This document shows positions 1-10,769 of a DNA stretch of 64,000 nucleotides, in pieces. Made by a program: the position numbers and the translations under genes. This DNA is from Alphaproteobacteria bacterium (GTDB taxonomy: Bacteria > Pseudomonadota > Alphaproteobacteria > SP197). Numbering within the stretch: the first letter of the stretch is position 1; each line of letters starts with the position of its first letter. The DNA is taken from positions 4,000,001 through 4,064,000 of the forward strand of contig OZ219747.1 of NCBI GenBank assembly GCA_964291265.2. The letters are read 5' to 3'. The notes under the pieces were generated by a model. That model searched no databases, was not told the DNA's origin, and was given only the letters and a program-made list of their open reading frames with translations.

Positions 1-2
1 TG

Positions 3-410
3 CAGGCGGTCGAGGATGTCGAGAAGGCGTTCGGGTCCGGTCCTGCAGGCAGCGGACGGGAGCCCGGCATGGCGTTCGACCAGTTCGAGTTGGGTCAGGA
101 TGTTGCGCTCGATGTCCCCGGGTTCGTTGTACTTCCCGCCGAAGCTCAGCCGCACCACAGGATGCGGCGCAGACCAGTCCCAGTGGGGGTGGATGTCCAG
201 TCCCCGGAACAGGGGTTCGTGGCAGGCGAACAGCGACCGCAGGGTGTCGAGCAGCAGGCTCTTGCCGAAACGGCGCGGACGCGACAGGAAGTAATGGTCA
301 CCCTGCTCGACCAGGTCCCGGATGAGAGGGGTCTTGTCGACATAGTAGCTGCCGGTCTCCCGGAGGCGCCGGAAGTCCTGGATCCCGATCGGAAGACGGC
401 GGCGGCTCAT
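3..410 (-). CDS. AAA-ATPase-like protein (usually fused to a PD-(D/E)XK nuclease), N-terminal part; runs off the window edge
   Basis: Manual translation from the ATG at 410: MSRRRLPIGIQDFRRLRETGSYYVDKTPLIRDLVEQGDHYFLSRPRRFGKSLLLDTL. This is the signature N-terminus of the family (LPIGIQ.F, YYVDKT, RPRRFGKS Walker A). Not in the ORF track because it is truncated. Confidence 0.85.
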   Translation of the reverse strand, partial: MSRRRLPIGIQDFRRLRETGSYYVDKTPLIRDLVEQGDHYFLSRPRRFGKSLLLDTLRSLFACHEPLFRGLDIHPHWDWSAPHPVVRLSFGGKYNEPGDIERNILTQLELVERHAGLPSAACRTGPERLLDILDRL

Positions 411-1174
411 CGGTCTCTCCCTTCGCGGCGCCGGAACCTGCGGCTGAGGCGGGAGGCGCGGAGCCTTCCTTGCCGTGGCTCCCGGGGTCCCGGAACGGCC
501 GCCCCTGAACGCAACAGCTACGCTATCCGCCCGTCTGTTCATGGGCAAGGGACAGACACGACCAGGGCGAACATGAAGGGCAACCCGTGGCGGTTCAGCT
601 TCGCAACCCGGATGCTCATGTTGCGAAGCGGCTCCGGGGGCGAAAGACACCTTGCGTCGTGAGCCGTTTCGGCCCTGTCGCCCGCGAATACGATACCGCC
701 TGCCCTTGTTGCGGCGCGTGTGCTGCAACCGGTCTCCGGTTTGGTTGCGGACTGCCGCGACAGGTTCGCTGCGGTCGTACGGGCACTCGGCATGAAGTCA
801 TGACGCTCGTGCTGAGCGACGGTGCGCCGCATGGTCGCCAGCGGCTGTCCGGATGGGGGTTGCGGTGCGACAGCTCCCACGTGACCTGCGCCCTTTCGTC
901 TCCCTGTGATCCTGTCCTGAAGGACGAACGGCGACGCCCTTGGGGTCGGAATTCGGGTGTCGAAGAGTTCCCGTCGGTCGAAAGTTCCGATGACGAATTC
1001 GACCGGGAAGAGGTCAGTGCTGAGGACGATTCCCTGGCGGCCGTTTCGATGCGTTCCCAAGGCGAATTCGCGCGAAGGCCGTCGCCCGTACCCTTGAATC
1101 CTTCCAGCATCGGTGAGGCCGGAACTCCCTTGCCGCCGCCGGACGTGATCCAATCAGATCGGACAATGCCACAA

Positions 1175-1251
1175 TGGTCGGAGTGGGAGGATTCGAACCT
1201 CCGGCCCCTGCCTCCCGAAGACAGTGCTCTACCAGGCTGAGCTACACTCCG
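1175..1251 (-). tRNA. tRNA-Pro (anticodon CGG)
   Basis: Reverse complement is CGGAGTGTAGCTCAGCCTGGTAGAGCACTGTCTTCGGGAGGCAGGGGCCGGAGGTTCGAATCCTCCCACTCCGACCA: 77 nt with D-loop, anticodon loop TTCGGGA, T-loop GTTCGAATC and encoded CCA. Confidence 0.97.
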
Positions 1252-1279
1252 CCAACACACGAAATCCGCAGAGACGGCC

Positions 1280-1765
1280 TTATACCGGCTGTCCTGTCAG
1301 CCCGCAACTGCGGCATAAGTTCATCGGTGCATCCATCGCCGGGCAATCGATGACACCGTGGCCTTCGAGGATCACTCCATGGGGCCGGCGGGCCGCCTCG
1401 ACGCTGACGAGGCCGTCCCTGACATCGCGGGCGACCTCCACGGAAGGGATCGCCCCAGCCGTCGCCTGGCGAAAAAGCGTGGTCAATACAGGCACCACAG
1501 ACATGACTGCCGCAGGCGGCGGGAAGGCGCTGACGGCCCCGGCCCGGCCTCCTGCGGTGCCGTGGCCGCCGAGCCGTCCGAGACCCTCGCTGCGGAGGTG
1601 AAAGGTCGAGGAATCCTGCACGTCGACAAGGCAGTCCACGCCGCGTCCATCCCGCCAGGTGCCGGGTGTTGACAGGGTCCTGGCGATCAGCAGTGCGCCG
1701 TCGCCGTCCTGCAGCACGAAATCGGTGAACATTCCTCCCCAGTCGACCGCGATACGGTACGCGTC
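1280..1765 (-). pseudogene. Collapsed hydantoinase/oxoprolinase A+B remnant
   Basis: YRIAVDWGGMFTDFVLQDGDG...TLSTP resembles the subunit A N-terminus. VARDVRDGLVSVEAARRPHGVIL resembles the subunit B C-terminus. Only about 160 codons remain. Confidence 0.65.
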
Positions 1766-1834
1766 AGCGGATTCCTTCCCGTGTGGTGCGGTGTTCCCTC
1801 CGCGCGCCATCACCTGACGACGGCTTCGCCCGAA

Positions 1835-2920
1835 TCAGAACTTCCGATCGATGCAGAACCCGACGAGATCCAGCAACGCATCGCGGTAGGTGTTCCCGGC
1901 AAGGTTCGCGAGAGCATCGCGCGCCGTCACGGCATGACGCTGCGCTTCGTCCAGGGTGGCCTGCAGCGTTTTGTGGCGGGCAAGAAGGACCATCGCGTGC
2001 TCGAGGTCGCCGTCGCGCTGGTCCACCCGGGCGAAGGTTCGCTCCCAGAACCGTCGTTCCTCCGGCGTGCCGCGTTCGCATGCCAGCAGAACCGGCATGG
2101 TGATCTTTCCCTCGCGGAAGTCGTCGCCCACCGTCTTGCCGAGATCATTCTGCAGTGCCGAGTAATCGAGAACGTCGTCAACGAGCTGAAAGGCGGTGCC
2201 GAGAGCCAGGCCATAGTCGCGCATGGCCTTGCGTGTGCTCCCGTCCTCGCCGGCAACCACGGCGCCGATCTCGCTCGCCGTGGCAAAGAGCGTCGCGGTC
2301 TTGGCCTGGAGCACGTCCATGCAGGCATCGGGTGAAGCGTCGAGATCGTCGGCAATGGCGAGTTGCCTGATTTCGCCCTCGGCGATGACAGCCGAGGCCT
2401 CCGTGAGAATGTCAAGAATCTCCAGTGACCCATCCCTCACCATCAGCCGGAAGGCACGGCTCAGCAGGAAGTCGCCGACCAGAACGGGCGGCTTGTTGCC
2501 CCACAGGGCATTGGCCGTTGCCGCGCCGCGTCTCAGCGCGCTGCCGTCAACCACATCATCGTGCAGCAGCGTCGCCGTGTGAATGAACTCGATGCAGGCT
2601 GCAAGGTTGATGTGGCGGGTGCCGTGGTATCCGAACATCCGGGCCACCAGAAGGGTGAGCGTGGGGCGGATACGCTTGCCACCGGACGAGACGATGTGCC
2701 CGGCGATCTTCGGAATCATCGCCACGGGATTGTCGAGGAGTCCGACAATGACGCGGTCGACGGCCGCGAGATCGTCGGCAACCAGGCGCCTCAAGGGCTC
2801 GATGGAATGCCCGACGGCATCGAGGTGGGGGCGTGCAACGGACAAGGGACGCTCCGGACTGCGGCACCATCGCCGGATGCGGTCCGCCGATGGATGAATC
2901 CTATCAGCATGGGCGTCCAT
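1835..2920 (-). CDS. ispB: Polyprenyl (octa/decaprenyl) diphosphate synthase
   Basis: GGKRIRP, HTATLLHDDVVD and FQLVDDVLDY aspartate-rich motifs, GKTVGDDFREGKIT. The true start may lie downstream of 2920. Confidence 0.93.
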   Translation of the reverse strand: MDAHADRIHPSADRIRRWCRSPERPLSVARPHLDAVGHSIEPLRRLVADDLAAVDRVIVGLLDNPVAMIPKIAGHIVSSGGKRIRPTLTLLVARMFGYHGTRHINLAACIEFIHTATLLHDDVVDGSALRRGAATANALWGNKPPVLVGDFLLSRAFRLMVRDGSLEILDILTEASAVIAEGEIRQLAIADDLDASPDACMDVLQAKTATLFATASEIGAVVAGEDGSTRKAMRDYGLALGTAFQLVDDVLDYSALQNDLGKTVGDDFREGKITMPVLLACERGTPEERRFWERTFARVDQRDGDLEHAMVLLARHKTLQATLDEAQRHAVTARDALANLAGNTYRDALLDLVGFCIDRKF

Positions 2921-2992
2921 GATAAAGGCGCACGTGTCACCGGGCGTCCCGGTACGCTATGGTCATCCGGCATGGCAGGGGAACCGGCGCCC

Positions 2993-3211
2993 ATGAAGGA
3001 AGTTCTGCGGACCAACGACATGGTCACGCTCTCCTGGGCCAGCGCGGTCCTCAAGGATGCGGATGTTCTCCACCACGTGTTCGATCAACACACCAGCGCG
3101 CTTCAGGGCAGCATTCTTGCCATCGAGAAACGCCTGCTGGTGGGCGACGACGATCTGAGCATCGCCCGTGGTCTGCTGCGTGACGCCGGGATCGATGTCC
3201 GGGGCGACTGA
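2993..3211 (+). CDS. DUF2007-family small protein
   Basis: MKEVLRTNDMVTLSWASAVLKDADV...DQHTSALQGSILAIEKRLLV, in its usual position between ispB and trmN6. Confidence 0.8.
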   Translation: MKEVLRTNDMVTLSWASAVLKDADVLHHVFDQHTSALQGSILAIEKRLLVGDDDLSIARGLLRDAGIDVRGD

Positions 3212-3935
3212 GCCCGCCGAAACCCTGCTGGGCGGCAGGGTTCGCATGGCAGGCCAGGAGCACGGGCTGAAGACGACGACCGACACCGTCATGCTCGCGG
3301 CCGCGGTCGTGGCGCGCGAGAAGACCCGTGTTCTGGATGCCGGGTGCGGTGCCGGCGGCGCGATGCTGTGCCTTGCATGGCGCCTGCCGTCGACGCACAT
3401 CACCGGGCTGGAACACGATCCCGTTCTCGCCGGGTTGGCGAGGCGCAACATTGCGCTGAACGACGTTGCGGCGCGCGTCTCCGTTCACGAGGGAGATCTT
3501 GCGGATTCGCATCACCCCGGTGAACGGTTCGATGTCGTCATGACCAACCCGCCCCATCTCGATGCACACCGTGCCAGGGCGCCGCGAGACCCGCGCCGCG
3601 CCGGAGCCGTGGTCGAGACGATACCGCTGGAGGACTGGATCGGCCATTGTCTGGAACGTCTCGCCCACAAGGGGTCGATCGTTCTCGTGCACCGGGCAGA
3701 GAGACTCGGCGACATCCTGGGCATCCTGGCAAGGCGAACGGGCGCCATCGACATCATGCCCCTGCTGCCCCGTGACGACGGATCACCGGCGAAACGGATT
3801 CTGGTGAGGGCCACCAAGGGGGCTGCTCGGCCACTCAGACTCCTGCCAGGCCTGGTGCTGCATGACGGTGACGGGCGCTACCTGCCCCGGGTGCAACGTG
3901 TGCTCGAGGACGGCGCCGCCCTGGAATGGTGCTGA
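3195..3935 (+). CDS. trmN6: tRNA1(Val) adenine(37)-N6 methyltransferase family
   Basis: TLLGGRV, VLDAGCGAG SAM-binding motif, FDVVMTNPPH catalytic motif. Confidence 0.85.
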   Translation: MSGATEPAETLLGGRVRMAGQEHGLKTTTDTVMLAAAVVAREKTRVLDAGCGAGGAMLCLAWRLPSTHITGLEHDPVLAGLARRNIALNDVAARVSVHEGDLADSHHPGERFDVVMTNPPHLDAHRARAPRDPRRAGAVVETIPLEDWIGHCLERLAHKGSIVLVHRAERLGDILGILARRTGAIDIMPLLPRDDGSPAKRILVRATKGAARPLRLLPGLVLHDGDGRYLPRVQRVLEDGAALEWC

Positions 3936-3948
3936 CTCTCGGAAGCAA

Positions 3949-3978
3949 CAGGGACCGGGAGTGGCCTCCCGGTCCCTG
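3949..3978. terminator. Hairpin between convergent genes, probable bidirectional terminator
   Basis: Perfect 13-bp stem cagggaccgggag-tggc-ctcccggtccctg. Confidence 0.65.
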
Positions 3979-4005
3979 GCAATCCGGTGTCCATGGAGTG
4001 AATGA

Positions 4006-5196
4006 TCAGAGACCTGCCTTGACCTCTTCGAACATGATCTGGATCTGATCTTCCGGCGTCATGGCAATCTGCAGGAAGCCGGTCGACAGCAACTCCTCGG
4101 GGTTCTTGGAAAGTCCGCGTGAAGCAAGCTGCTCCGAAGAAACCATGTCGTAGGCCCTGGAGTTGGCATGGCCGTATCCGAAGGCCAGGATCTCGAACGT
4201 TCCTGCCCCGGGAGAGAGATAGGAATCGATGATCTGGTGTGCCTTCATGATCATCTCGTCGCCACGTTCGTCGTTCATCCTGGTGCGCGAGAGACCGCAT
4301 ACCCAGGTCATGGCCCCCTCCTTGGGCTTCATGAACGCAACCGGCAGTCCCTGGCCGCGCAATGCGGTGATCGAACTGTTCCACGTGGCGGCGGCGACCA
4401 GTTCGCCCGTTGCCAGGCCCTGTTCGACGTCTGTCATGCTGGTCGCGTAGTAACGCAGCAGTGGCAGTTGCTCGCGCAACAGGTTGGCAACGAGTTCCAT
4501 GTTGGCAGGATCAGAAAGATCATAGGGATTCTCGAGACCGGCGTAGATTCCGGCGACGGCCACGCCGTCGATCAGGCTGTCGATCATCGAGACACGCCCG
4601 GCATACTTGGGATCCCAGAGTATCCCCCAAGAGTGATTGTCCTCGTCAGCGTATTCGGGTGCAAGATCGGTACGGAATGTCACCGACGTCTGACCCCAGT
4701 CCATGGGCACGAAGATGCGCTCGCCATCGATGACGGAATCATCGAGGTTCTTCAACGACGGCAGGACATCATCCCAGTTGCTGAGCAGGCTGGTATCGAT
4801 ACCGCCCATCAGCCCCGCATCGTACCATTGGCGAATCTTGTAGGTGCAGGGAGCCGTGACGTCTGGAGAGAAACCGGCACGCATCTTTGCGAAGGCCTCT
4901 TCCTCGTCAGCCCAGAACGAGAAATTCGTGGCACAGCCGTGTTGGTCGATGTACTGCTGGTGGAAGCTGACTTCGTCGTAGCCCGACCAGGTGAAGGTCA
5001 ACGGGGTATCGCTGCCACCACAACTTTCCGCGGGTATCTCTTCGATCTGCTGCGCCGATGCCGTGAGCGGTACCATTACGGTTGAAATGCCAAAGGCGCC
5101 GAGAATTGCATTGGTCTGGCGGCGGTTGTACTTGCCGCTGCGGATGCCGTCGGTGATCCGGTTGATGTCCAACCGGGCCGGATCGAGTTGTGTCAT
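4006..5196 (-). CDS. PotD/PotF-family polyamine ABC substrate-binding protein
   Basis: FTWSGYD, EEEAFAKMRAG, FVPMDWGQT, SWGILWDPKYAGRV, FMKPKEGAMTWVCG. RR-containing leader; GGAGG RBS upstream. Confidence 0.85.
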   Translation of the reverse strand: MTQLDPARLDINRITDGIRSGKYNRRQTNAILGAFGISTVMVPLTASAQQIEEIPAESCGGSDTPLTFTWSGYDEVSFHQQYIDQHGCATNFSFWADEEEAFAKMRAGFSPDVTAPCTYKIRQWYDAGLMGGIDTSLLSNWDDVLPSLKNLDDSVIDGERIFVPMDWGQTSVTFRTDLAPEYADEDNHSWGILWDPKYAGRVSMIDSLIDGVAVAGIYAGLENPYDLSDPANMELVANLLREQLPLLRYYATSMTDVEQGLATGELVAAATWNSSITALRGQGLPVAFMKPKEGAMTWVCGLSRTRMNDERGDEMIMKAHQIIDSYLSPGAGTFEILAFGYGHANSRAYDMVSSEQLASRGLSKNPEELLSTGFLQIAMTPEDQIQIMFEEVKAGL

Positions 5197-5330
5197 GGAA
5201 AAAGACCTCCCTGTCGCGAATTCTGTGGAACACACAAGTCAACTGATGGCCCATGTTCCATGATCGCCTCGGTTCTGGCAAGGGAAGATGCGCACGCATC
5301 AACGGCATTGGCCTGGGCGTCGCGGATGGC

Positions 5331-6551
5331 TCAACCGCCTTCCAGGTGCGCCCTCAGACCTTCTTCCAGCTTGAGGAGAAAAGCGTTCGTGGTGAGCCAT
5401 GGGTGGTCTGGATCGATCAGGAGGGCAAGGTCCTTCGTCATGTGGCCCTGTTCGACGGTGGCCACGCAGACCTCCTCCAGGGTCTCGGCAAACCCGATGA
5501 CATCCGGCGTCCCGTCGAACTCGCCCCTTGACCTCAGTCCGCGCGTCCAGGCGAAGATCGAAGCAATGGGGTTGGTCGAAGTCTCCCGCCCCTGCTGGTG
5601 CTGGCGGAAGTGCCGCGTCACCGTGCCGTGGGCCGCCTCGGCTTCCACCGCGGAGCCGTCGGGCGTCATCAGCACCGACGTCATCAATCCCAGGGAGCCG
5701 AATCCCTGGGCGACGGTGTCCGACTGCACGTCACCGTCATAGTTCTTGCAGGCCCATACAAAACCTCCCTCCCACTTCAGGGCCGCAGCCACCATGTCGT
5801 CGATGAGTCGGTGTTCATAGGCCATGCCCCTGGCAGCGAACCTCTCCGCGAACTCGTTGTCGAAGACTTCCTGGAAAAGGTCCTTGAAGCGCCCGTCATA
5901 GGCCTTGAGTATGGTGTTCTTGGTCGACAGGTAGACGGGCCAGCCGAGGCTGAGGCCATAATTCATGCAGGCCCTGGCAAAGCCGCGGATCGACTCGTCG
6001 AGATTGTACATGGCAAGGGCCACGCCACCGGCCGGGAAGTCGTGGACAGTCCGTTCGATGGACTCGCCGCCGTCGGCGGGCGTGAACGTGACAGTGAGCG
6101 TTCCGGGTCCCGGCACCACGAAGTCCGTCGCCCGGTACTGATCGCCGAAGGCGTGGCGGCCGATGACAATGGGCTTCGTCCAGCCCGAGACGAGACGGGG
6201 GACGTTGGAGCAGATGATGGGCTGGCGGAAGACCGTGCCACCGAGGATGTTGCGGACCGTGCCGTTGGGTGACAGCCACATCTTCTTCAACCCGAACTCT
6301 CTCACCCGCGCCTCGTCGGGCGTGATGGTGGCGCACTTGACGCCGACACCGTACCGCTTGATGGCCTCCGCAGCCTCGACGGTGATGCGGTCGTCCGTCG
6401 CATCGCGTGATGTGATCCCCAGATCGTGGTAAAGAAGTTCGATATCAAGCCAGGGAAGGATCAGCCGGTTCCTGATGAACCCCCAGATGATGCGGGTCAT
6501 CTCGTCGCCATCGAGTTCGACCACCGGGTTCTTGACTGGAATTCTTGCCAT
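5331..6551 (-). CDS. icd: NADP-dependent isocitrate dehydrogenase
   Basis: [49 protein letters not shown]. Confidence 0.97.
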   Translation of the reverse strand: MARIPVKNPVVELDGDEMTRIIWGFIRNRLILPWLDIELLYHDLGITSRDATDDRITVEAAEAIKRYGVGVKCATITPDEARVREFGLKKMWLSPNGTVRNILGGTVFRQPIICSNVPRLVSGWTKPIVIGRHAFGDQYRATDFVVPGPGTLTVTFTPADGGESIERTVHDFPAGGVALAMYNLDESIRGFARACMNYGLSLGWPVYLSTKNTILKAYDGRFKDLFQEVFDNEFAERFAARGMAYEHRLIDDMVAAALKWEGGFVWACKNYDGDVQSDTVAQGFGSLGLMTSVLMTPDGSAVEAEAAHGTVTRHFRQHQQGRETSTNPIASIFAWTRGLRSRGEFDGTPDVIGFAETLEEVCVATVEQGHMTKDLALLIDPDHPWLTTNAFLLKLEEGLRAHLEGG

Positions 6552-6762
6552 GGCCTGTGCCTCCGCCTCATGCTGCAGCGCAACATAGATCATTCGCGTA
6601 ACCGGACAACCGGAAGGAGCGACCTCGCACATTCTGTGGGTCGATGGTAGTCTTGCCGCCATCGTGCCCCGGCTTGTCCGCCAAGAGGACTGCACCCCTG
6701 CCGCCACTGTCCGCCTCCTGTCCTGACGAAGGGAGCACTCCTGATCGCCCGGGGACTCCGTC

Positions 6763-7923
6763 ATGAAGAAACACAGCGTCGTGATCGCCGTGCTGGTCGT
6801 CCTGCTCCTGGCCCTGTGGCTTGTCATGCGCGACGATCAGAGCCCTGATGACGCCGTCACCACCGAACCGACAGATATCGAATCGGACACCGCGGTCTCC
6901 GACACGGATGCCGCCACCCGCGAAGACGGCACCAGTGCTGCCGTGGGCGTGGACGACGCCATCGACGATGTCGCAGCCGCTGCAGAGGGCGACCTTGGCA
7001 GCCCGGTCAGTGGCGACGACGCGGCGGCGGACGCCGGCACGGAGGAGACGCGGAACGACGGAACCGGTGACCCGGTGAAGGAAGAGGAGCTCGGGGAGAC
7101 GGTCAACCCGGAATTCGATGTGGTGAGGGTCGAGGTCACCGGAGATGCAGTGATGGCAGGCGTGGGAGAGCCCGGCACGACCATCGTCGTGACATCAGGC
7201 GATGACGTGGTCGGCGAGACCGTGGCCGATGACGCCGGTGACTGGGTCATCGTGACCGAGGAGCCCCTGGATCCCGGAGCCCATGAATTGGAACTGACGT
7301 CCGTGAACGAGCACGGCGAAACCAGACAATCCGGCACGGTCGTCGTGGTCTCGGTGCCGCAGGAACCGGAGGCCGACGATGTCCTGGTCGTGATGATGGA
7401 TGATGAAGACGGCGGTGACATCGAGATCATCCAGGAAGGAGAGAAAGGAACCGGTATCTCCGGCGGAGGCGATCTCGCTCTCGAGAGCCTCACCTATGAC
7501 GAGGAAGGCAACGTCTTCATGGGTGGCCAGGCAACAGCGGGCGACACGGTCATTGTCTACGTCGACGATCGTGTTGTCGGCGTGGCCGACGTCGAGGACG
7601 GACAATGGACGGTGGCACTCGACGAGTCGGTCGACGAGGGCACCCATTCCCTGAGGGTTGACGAGATCAATGAGGAAGGCGATGTAGTCGCCCGTCTTGA
7701 GACGCCGTTCGTGCGCGCCGCCTTCATCATGCCGGATGCCTCAGACCGGCTGATCGTGATCCAGCCCGGCAACAACCTCTGGCGGATCGCCCGCCAGTCC
7801 TTCGGCCGCGGAGTCCTCTACACCCTCATCTACGAGGCCAACAGGAACCAGATCGCCGATCCCGATCTCATCTATCCCGGCCAGATCTTCGTCATGCCAC
7901 GCAACAGGGTGGATGAGCACTGA
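6763..7923 (+). CDS. LysM peptidoglycan-binding protein with Ig-like domains and an N-terminal membrane anchor
   Basis: Hydrophobic N-terminus, acidic linker, FDVVRVE motif, C-terminal LysM ([14 protein letters not shown]...[21 protein letters not shown]). Confidence 0.88.
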   Translation: MKKHSVVIAVLVVLLLALWLVMRDDQSPDDAVTTEPTDIESDTAVSDTDAATREDGTSAAVGVDDAIDDVAAAAEGDLGSPVSGDDAAADAGTEETRNDGTGDPVKEEELGETVNPEFDVVRVEVTGDAVMAGVGEPGTTIVVTSGDDVVGETVADDAGDWVIVTEEPLDPGAHELELTSVNEHGETRQSGTVVVVSVPQEPEADDVLVVMMDDEDGGDIEIIQEGEKGTGISGGGDLALESLTYDEEGNVFMGGQATAGDTVIVYVDDRVVGVADVEDGQWTVALDESVDEGTHSLRVDEINEEGDVVARLETPFVRAAFIMPDASDRLIVIQPGNNLWRIARQSFGRGVLYTLIYEANRNQIADPDLIYPGQIFVMPRNRVDEH

Positions 7924-8171
7924 AGCCGCCGCGGACAATGGTCGAGGCAGACCGTTCCGTCTACGAGCCTGCCGGACCGGCCAATGAGGCACTGTCGTCC
8001 TGGTATGTCAGGAATCTCGTACAGCGCACCATCGACCAGGCCTTCAAGGTGTCTCCGTCCGCCGATGAGGCCTCACCGGACGCCGGCGGGACTGGAAATC
8101 GTTGCTGTGGCAACGTATAGACACGCCACCGGCTTAAGAGAAGCCATTCCCGGATTGTTTGCGAGGATGTC

Positions 8172-9551
8172 ATGACTGCTCACTGGACACCGTCAGGCTG
8201 GCGCAATCTTCCTGTCCGGCAGATGCCGGACTATCCCGACCGGGACGAATTGAGGGACGTGGAGAATCGCCTGCACACGTGTCCGCCCCTGGTGTTCGCC
8301 GGTGAGGCACGTTCACTGAAACGGGCTCTGGCGAGGACGGCGCGGGGCGACGCCTTTCTTCTCCAGGGTGGCGACTGTGCCGAGAGCTTCGCCGAGTTCC
8401 ATCCCGACACCATCCGCGATACTTTCAAGGTCCTGTTGCAGATGGCCGTGGTCCTCACGTTCGGAGCGTCGTTGCCGATCGTCAAGGTCGGCCGCATGGC
8501 CGGCCAGTTCGCCAAGCCGCGTTCGGCGCCTGTCGAGATCCAGGATGATGTCGAACTGCCGAGCTATCGGGGTGACATCATCAACGCAATCGAGTTCTCC
8601 GAGGACGCCCGCCGGCCCGATCCACAGCGCATGCTCCAAGCCTATCATCAGGCGGCCTCGACCCTCAACCTGCTACGCGCCTTCGCCCAGGGCGGTTTCG
8701 CCGACCTGCAGCGGGTGTCGAGCTGGAACAATGACTTTGTCGCGGACAGTCCCCAGGGCCATCGCTACGCCGAGATAGCCGAGCGCATTCAGGAGGCGCT
8801 CTCCTTCATGAACGCCTGTGGTCTGACGCCTGAGAGGGTGCCGCAGATGCGCGAGACCGACTTCTACACCTCCCATGAAGCGCTGCTGCTCCCTTACGAG
8901 GAGTCCATGACGCGCATCGATTCCACCACCGGCGGGTGGTACGACACCTCGGCCCACATGCTCTGGGTCGGTGACCGTACGCGCCAGAGTGACCATGCGC
9001 ATGTCGAATTCCTGCGCGGTATCAACAACCCGCTCGGCATCAAGTGTGGTCCGTCACTGGATGCGGATGACCTGCTGCGCTTGCTCGATATCCTCAATCC
9101 CGAGAACGAGGCCGGACGCATCACGCTGATCACCCGGATGGGCGCCGGTCAGGCGGCAGCACACCTTCCGGGCCTGATTCGCCAGGTCGAGAGAGAGGGA
9201 AGGATTGTCGTCTGGTCCTGCGACCCCATGCACGGCAACACGATCAAGGCGGCCAGCGGATATAAGACCCGGCCCTTTGACAGGATCCTGGCGGAAGTGC
9301 GCGAGGTGTTCGCCATTCACAGATCCGAAGGCACCCATGCCGGCGGCGTGCACTTCGAGATGACGGGACGTGATGTCACCGAGTGTATCGGTGGCGCCCA
9401 GGCGATTTCGGATGACGATCTCTCGGACCGCTATCACACGCATTGCGATCCGCGTCTCAATGCCAGCCAGGCCCTCGAACTCGCGTTTCTCATCGCCGAA
9501 CAGTCGAGAGCCGAACGTGAACAGACAGTCAGGGCGGTGGCAGCGGAGTGA
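8172..9551 (+). CDS. Class II 3-deoxy-7-phosphoheptulonate (DAHP) synthase
   Basis: [52 protein letters not shown]. Confidence 0.96.
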   Translation: MTAHWTPSGWRNLPVRQMPDYPDRDELRDVENRLHTCPPLVFAGEARSLKRALARTARGDAFLLQGGDCAESFAEFHPDTIRDTFKVLLQMAVVLTFGASLPIVKVGRMAGQFAKPRSAPVEIQDDVELPSYRGDIINAIEFSEDARRPDPQRMLQAYHQAASTLNLLRAFAQGGFADLQRVSSWNNDFVADSPQGHRYAEIAERIQEALSFMNACGLTPERVPQMRETDFYTSHEALLLPYEESMTRIDSTTGGWYDTSAHMLWVGDRTRQSDHAHVEFLRGINNPLGIKCGPSLDADDLLRLLDILNPENEAGRITLITRMGAGQAAAHLPGLIRQVEREGRIVVWSCDPMHGNTIKAASGYKTRPFDRILAEVREVFAIHRSEGTHAGGVHFEMTGRDVTECIGGAQAISDDDLSDRYHTHCDPRLNASQALELAFLIAEQSRAEREQTVRAVAAE

Positions 9552-9599
9552 TCGTCCGCACGCTGGCCGCCTGAGGCCTCGTCCACCGGAAGGACTGCC

Positions 9600-10769
9600 G
9601 TGATGCCGGCCATGGACCGGGGATGCCTGCAGTGGCCCCGGGACGCAGAGGTGGGCCGGTGGACGGACACCTATCTCAACCGCACGAGAAAGGCCGTTGC
9701 CTCCTTTGGCGACTGTCAGGTGACCTATGCCGTGTTCATGCGACGGCCGGTGGTATCGGCCCCCCGCCTGATGACCGACTGGTTGCACACCATCGCCCGC
9801 ACACGCGGCGTGACGGTCGACATCGACCTGGAGTACGAGGAGGGCCGCTGGATCGGCGCCGGTGAACCCATCGCCTACATCACCGGTTCCTTCGAGCATC
9901 TCGTGGACCTCGAGACCCTGTTCCTGCAGAAACTCGGTCCGGCCTGCGTGGCCGCCTACAACGCCTACACCATGTGTGTCGACATGCCGGGGACCGATTT
10001 CCTCGCCATGGATGCCCGCCACTGTGCTGGCACGGAGATGGCGGAGATCATGGCCTACGCCGCTGCCGTCGGGTCGATGCGGGCACGGCGCAAGGTCGGA
10101 GCCCGGGGCTTTGTCGGCAACGCGACCGATGCCACGAGCCATTACTTCGGCAACGAGCGCGGGTATGGCACCATGCCCCATTCCCTGATCGGCTATGCCG
10201 GCAACACGGTGGCGGCGGCGGAGATGTTCCACGAGGTCCATCCCGACCTTCCCATGACCGTCCTGGTCGACTACTTCGGCAGGGAAATCAGCGACTCCCT
10301 TGCTGTCTGCCGACGATTTCCCGACATGGCGGCGGCCGGAGACCTCGCCTTGCGCATCGACACGGGCGGGGGGCGCTTTGTCGAGGGTCTCGATCCACCG
10401 CGCAGCTACGCCGTTCTGGAACGGAACCGTCCCGACGCGATCCGCGGATACCGTTCCGAAACCGAATTGCGCTACCTGATCGGCACAGGTGTCTCGGCCG
10501 CCGCCATCTGGCACTTGCGCGAACATCTCGACAAGGAGGGCTTTCCGAAGGTCAGGATCGTCGCATCCTCGGGCTTCGATCCCGCCAAGTGCAAGGTCAT
10601 GGCCGTCGCCGCTGCGCCGGTGGACGTCATCGGCACCGGAAGCTACCTGCCCGAACGATGGAGCGAGACCTACGCCACCGCCGACATCGTGGCCTACAAC
10701 GGCACCCCGCGGGTCAAGGTCGGCCGCGAGTTCCTGTTGCGCCGCCCGGGGAGCTCGTCAAGCGAATGA
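9600..10769 (+). CDS. pncB: Nicotinate phosphoribosyltransferase
   Basis: WTDTYL, MDARH, GTMPHSLIG, LVDYFG, IVASSGF. ATGA overlap with nadE. Confidence 0.85.
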   Translation: MMPAMDRGCLQWPRDAEVGRWTDTYLNRTRKAVASFGDCQVTYAVFMRRPVVSAPRLMTDWLHTIARTRGVTVDIDLEYEEGRWIGAGEPIAYITGSFEHLVDLETLFLQKLGPACVAAYNAYTMCVDMPGTDFLAMDARHCAGTEMAEIMAYAAAVGSMRARRKVGARGFVGNATDATSHYFGNERGYGTMPHSLIGYAGNTVAAAEMFHEVHPDLPMTVLVDYFGREISDSLAVCRRFPDMAAAGDLALRIDTGGGRFVEGLDPPRSYAVLERNRPDAIRGYRSETELRYLIGTGVSAAAIWHLREHLDKEGFPKVRIVASSGFDPAKCKVMAVAAAPVDVIGTGSYLPERWSETYATADIVAYNGTPRVKVGREFLLRRPGSSSSE

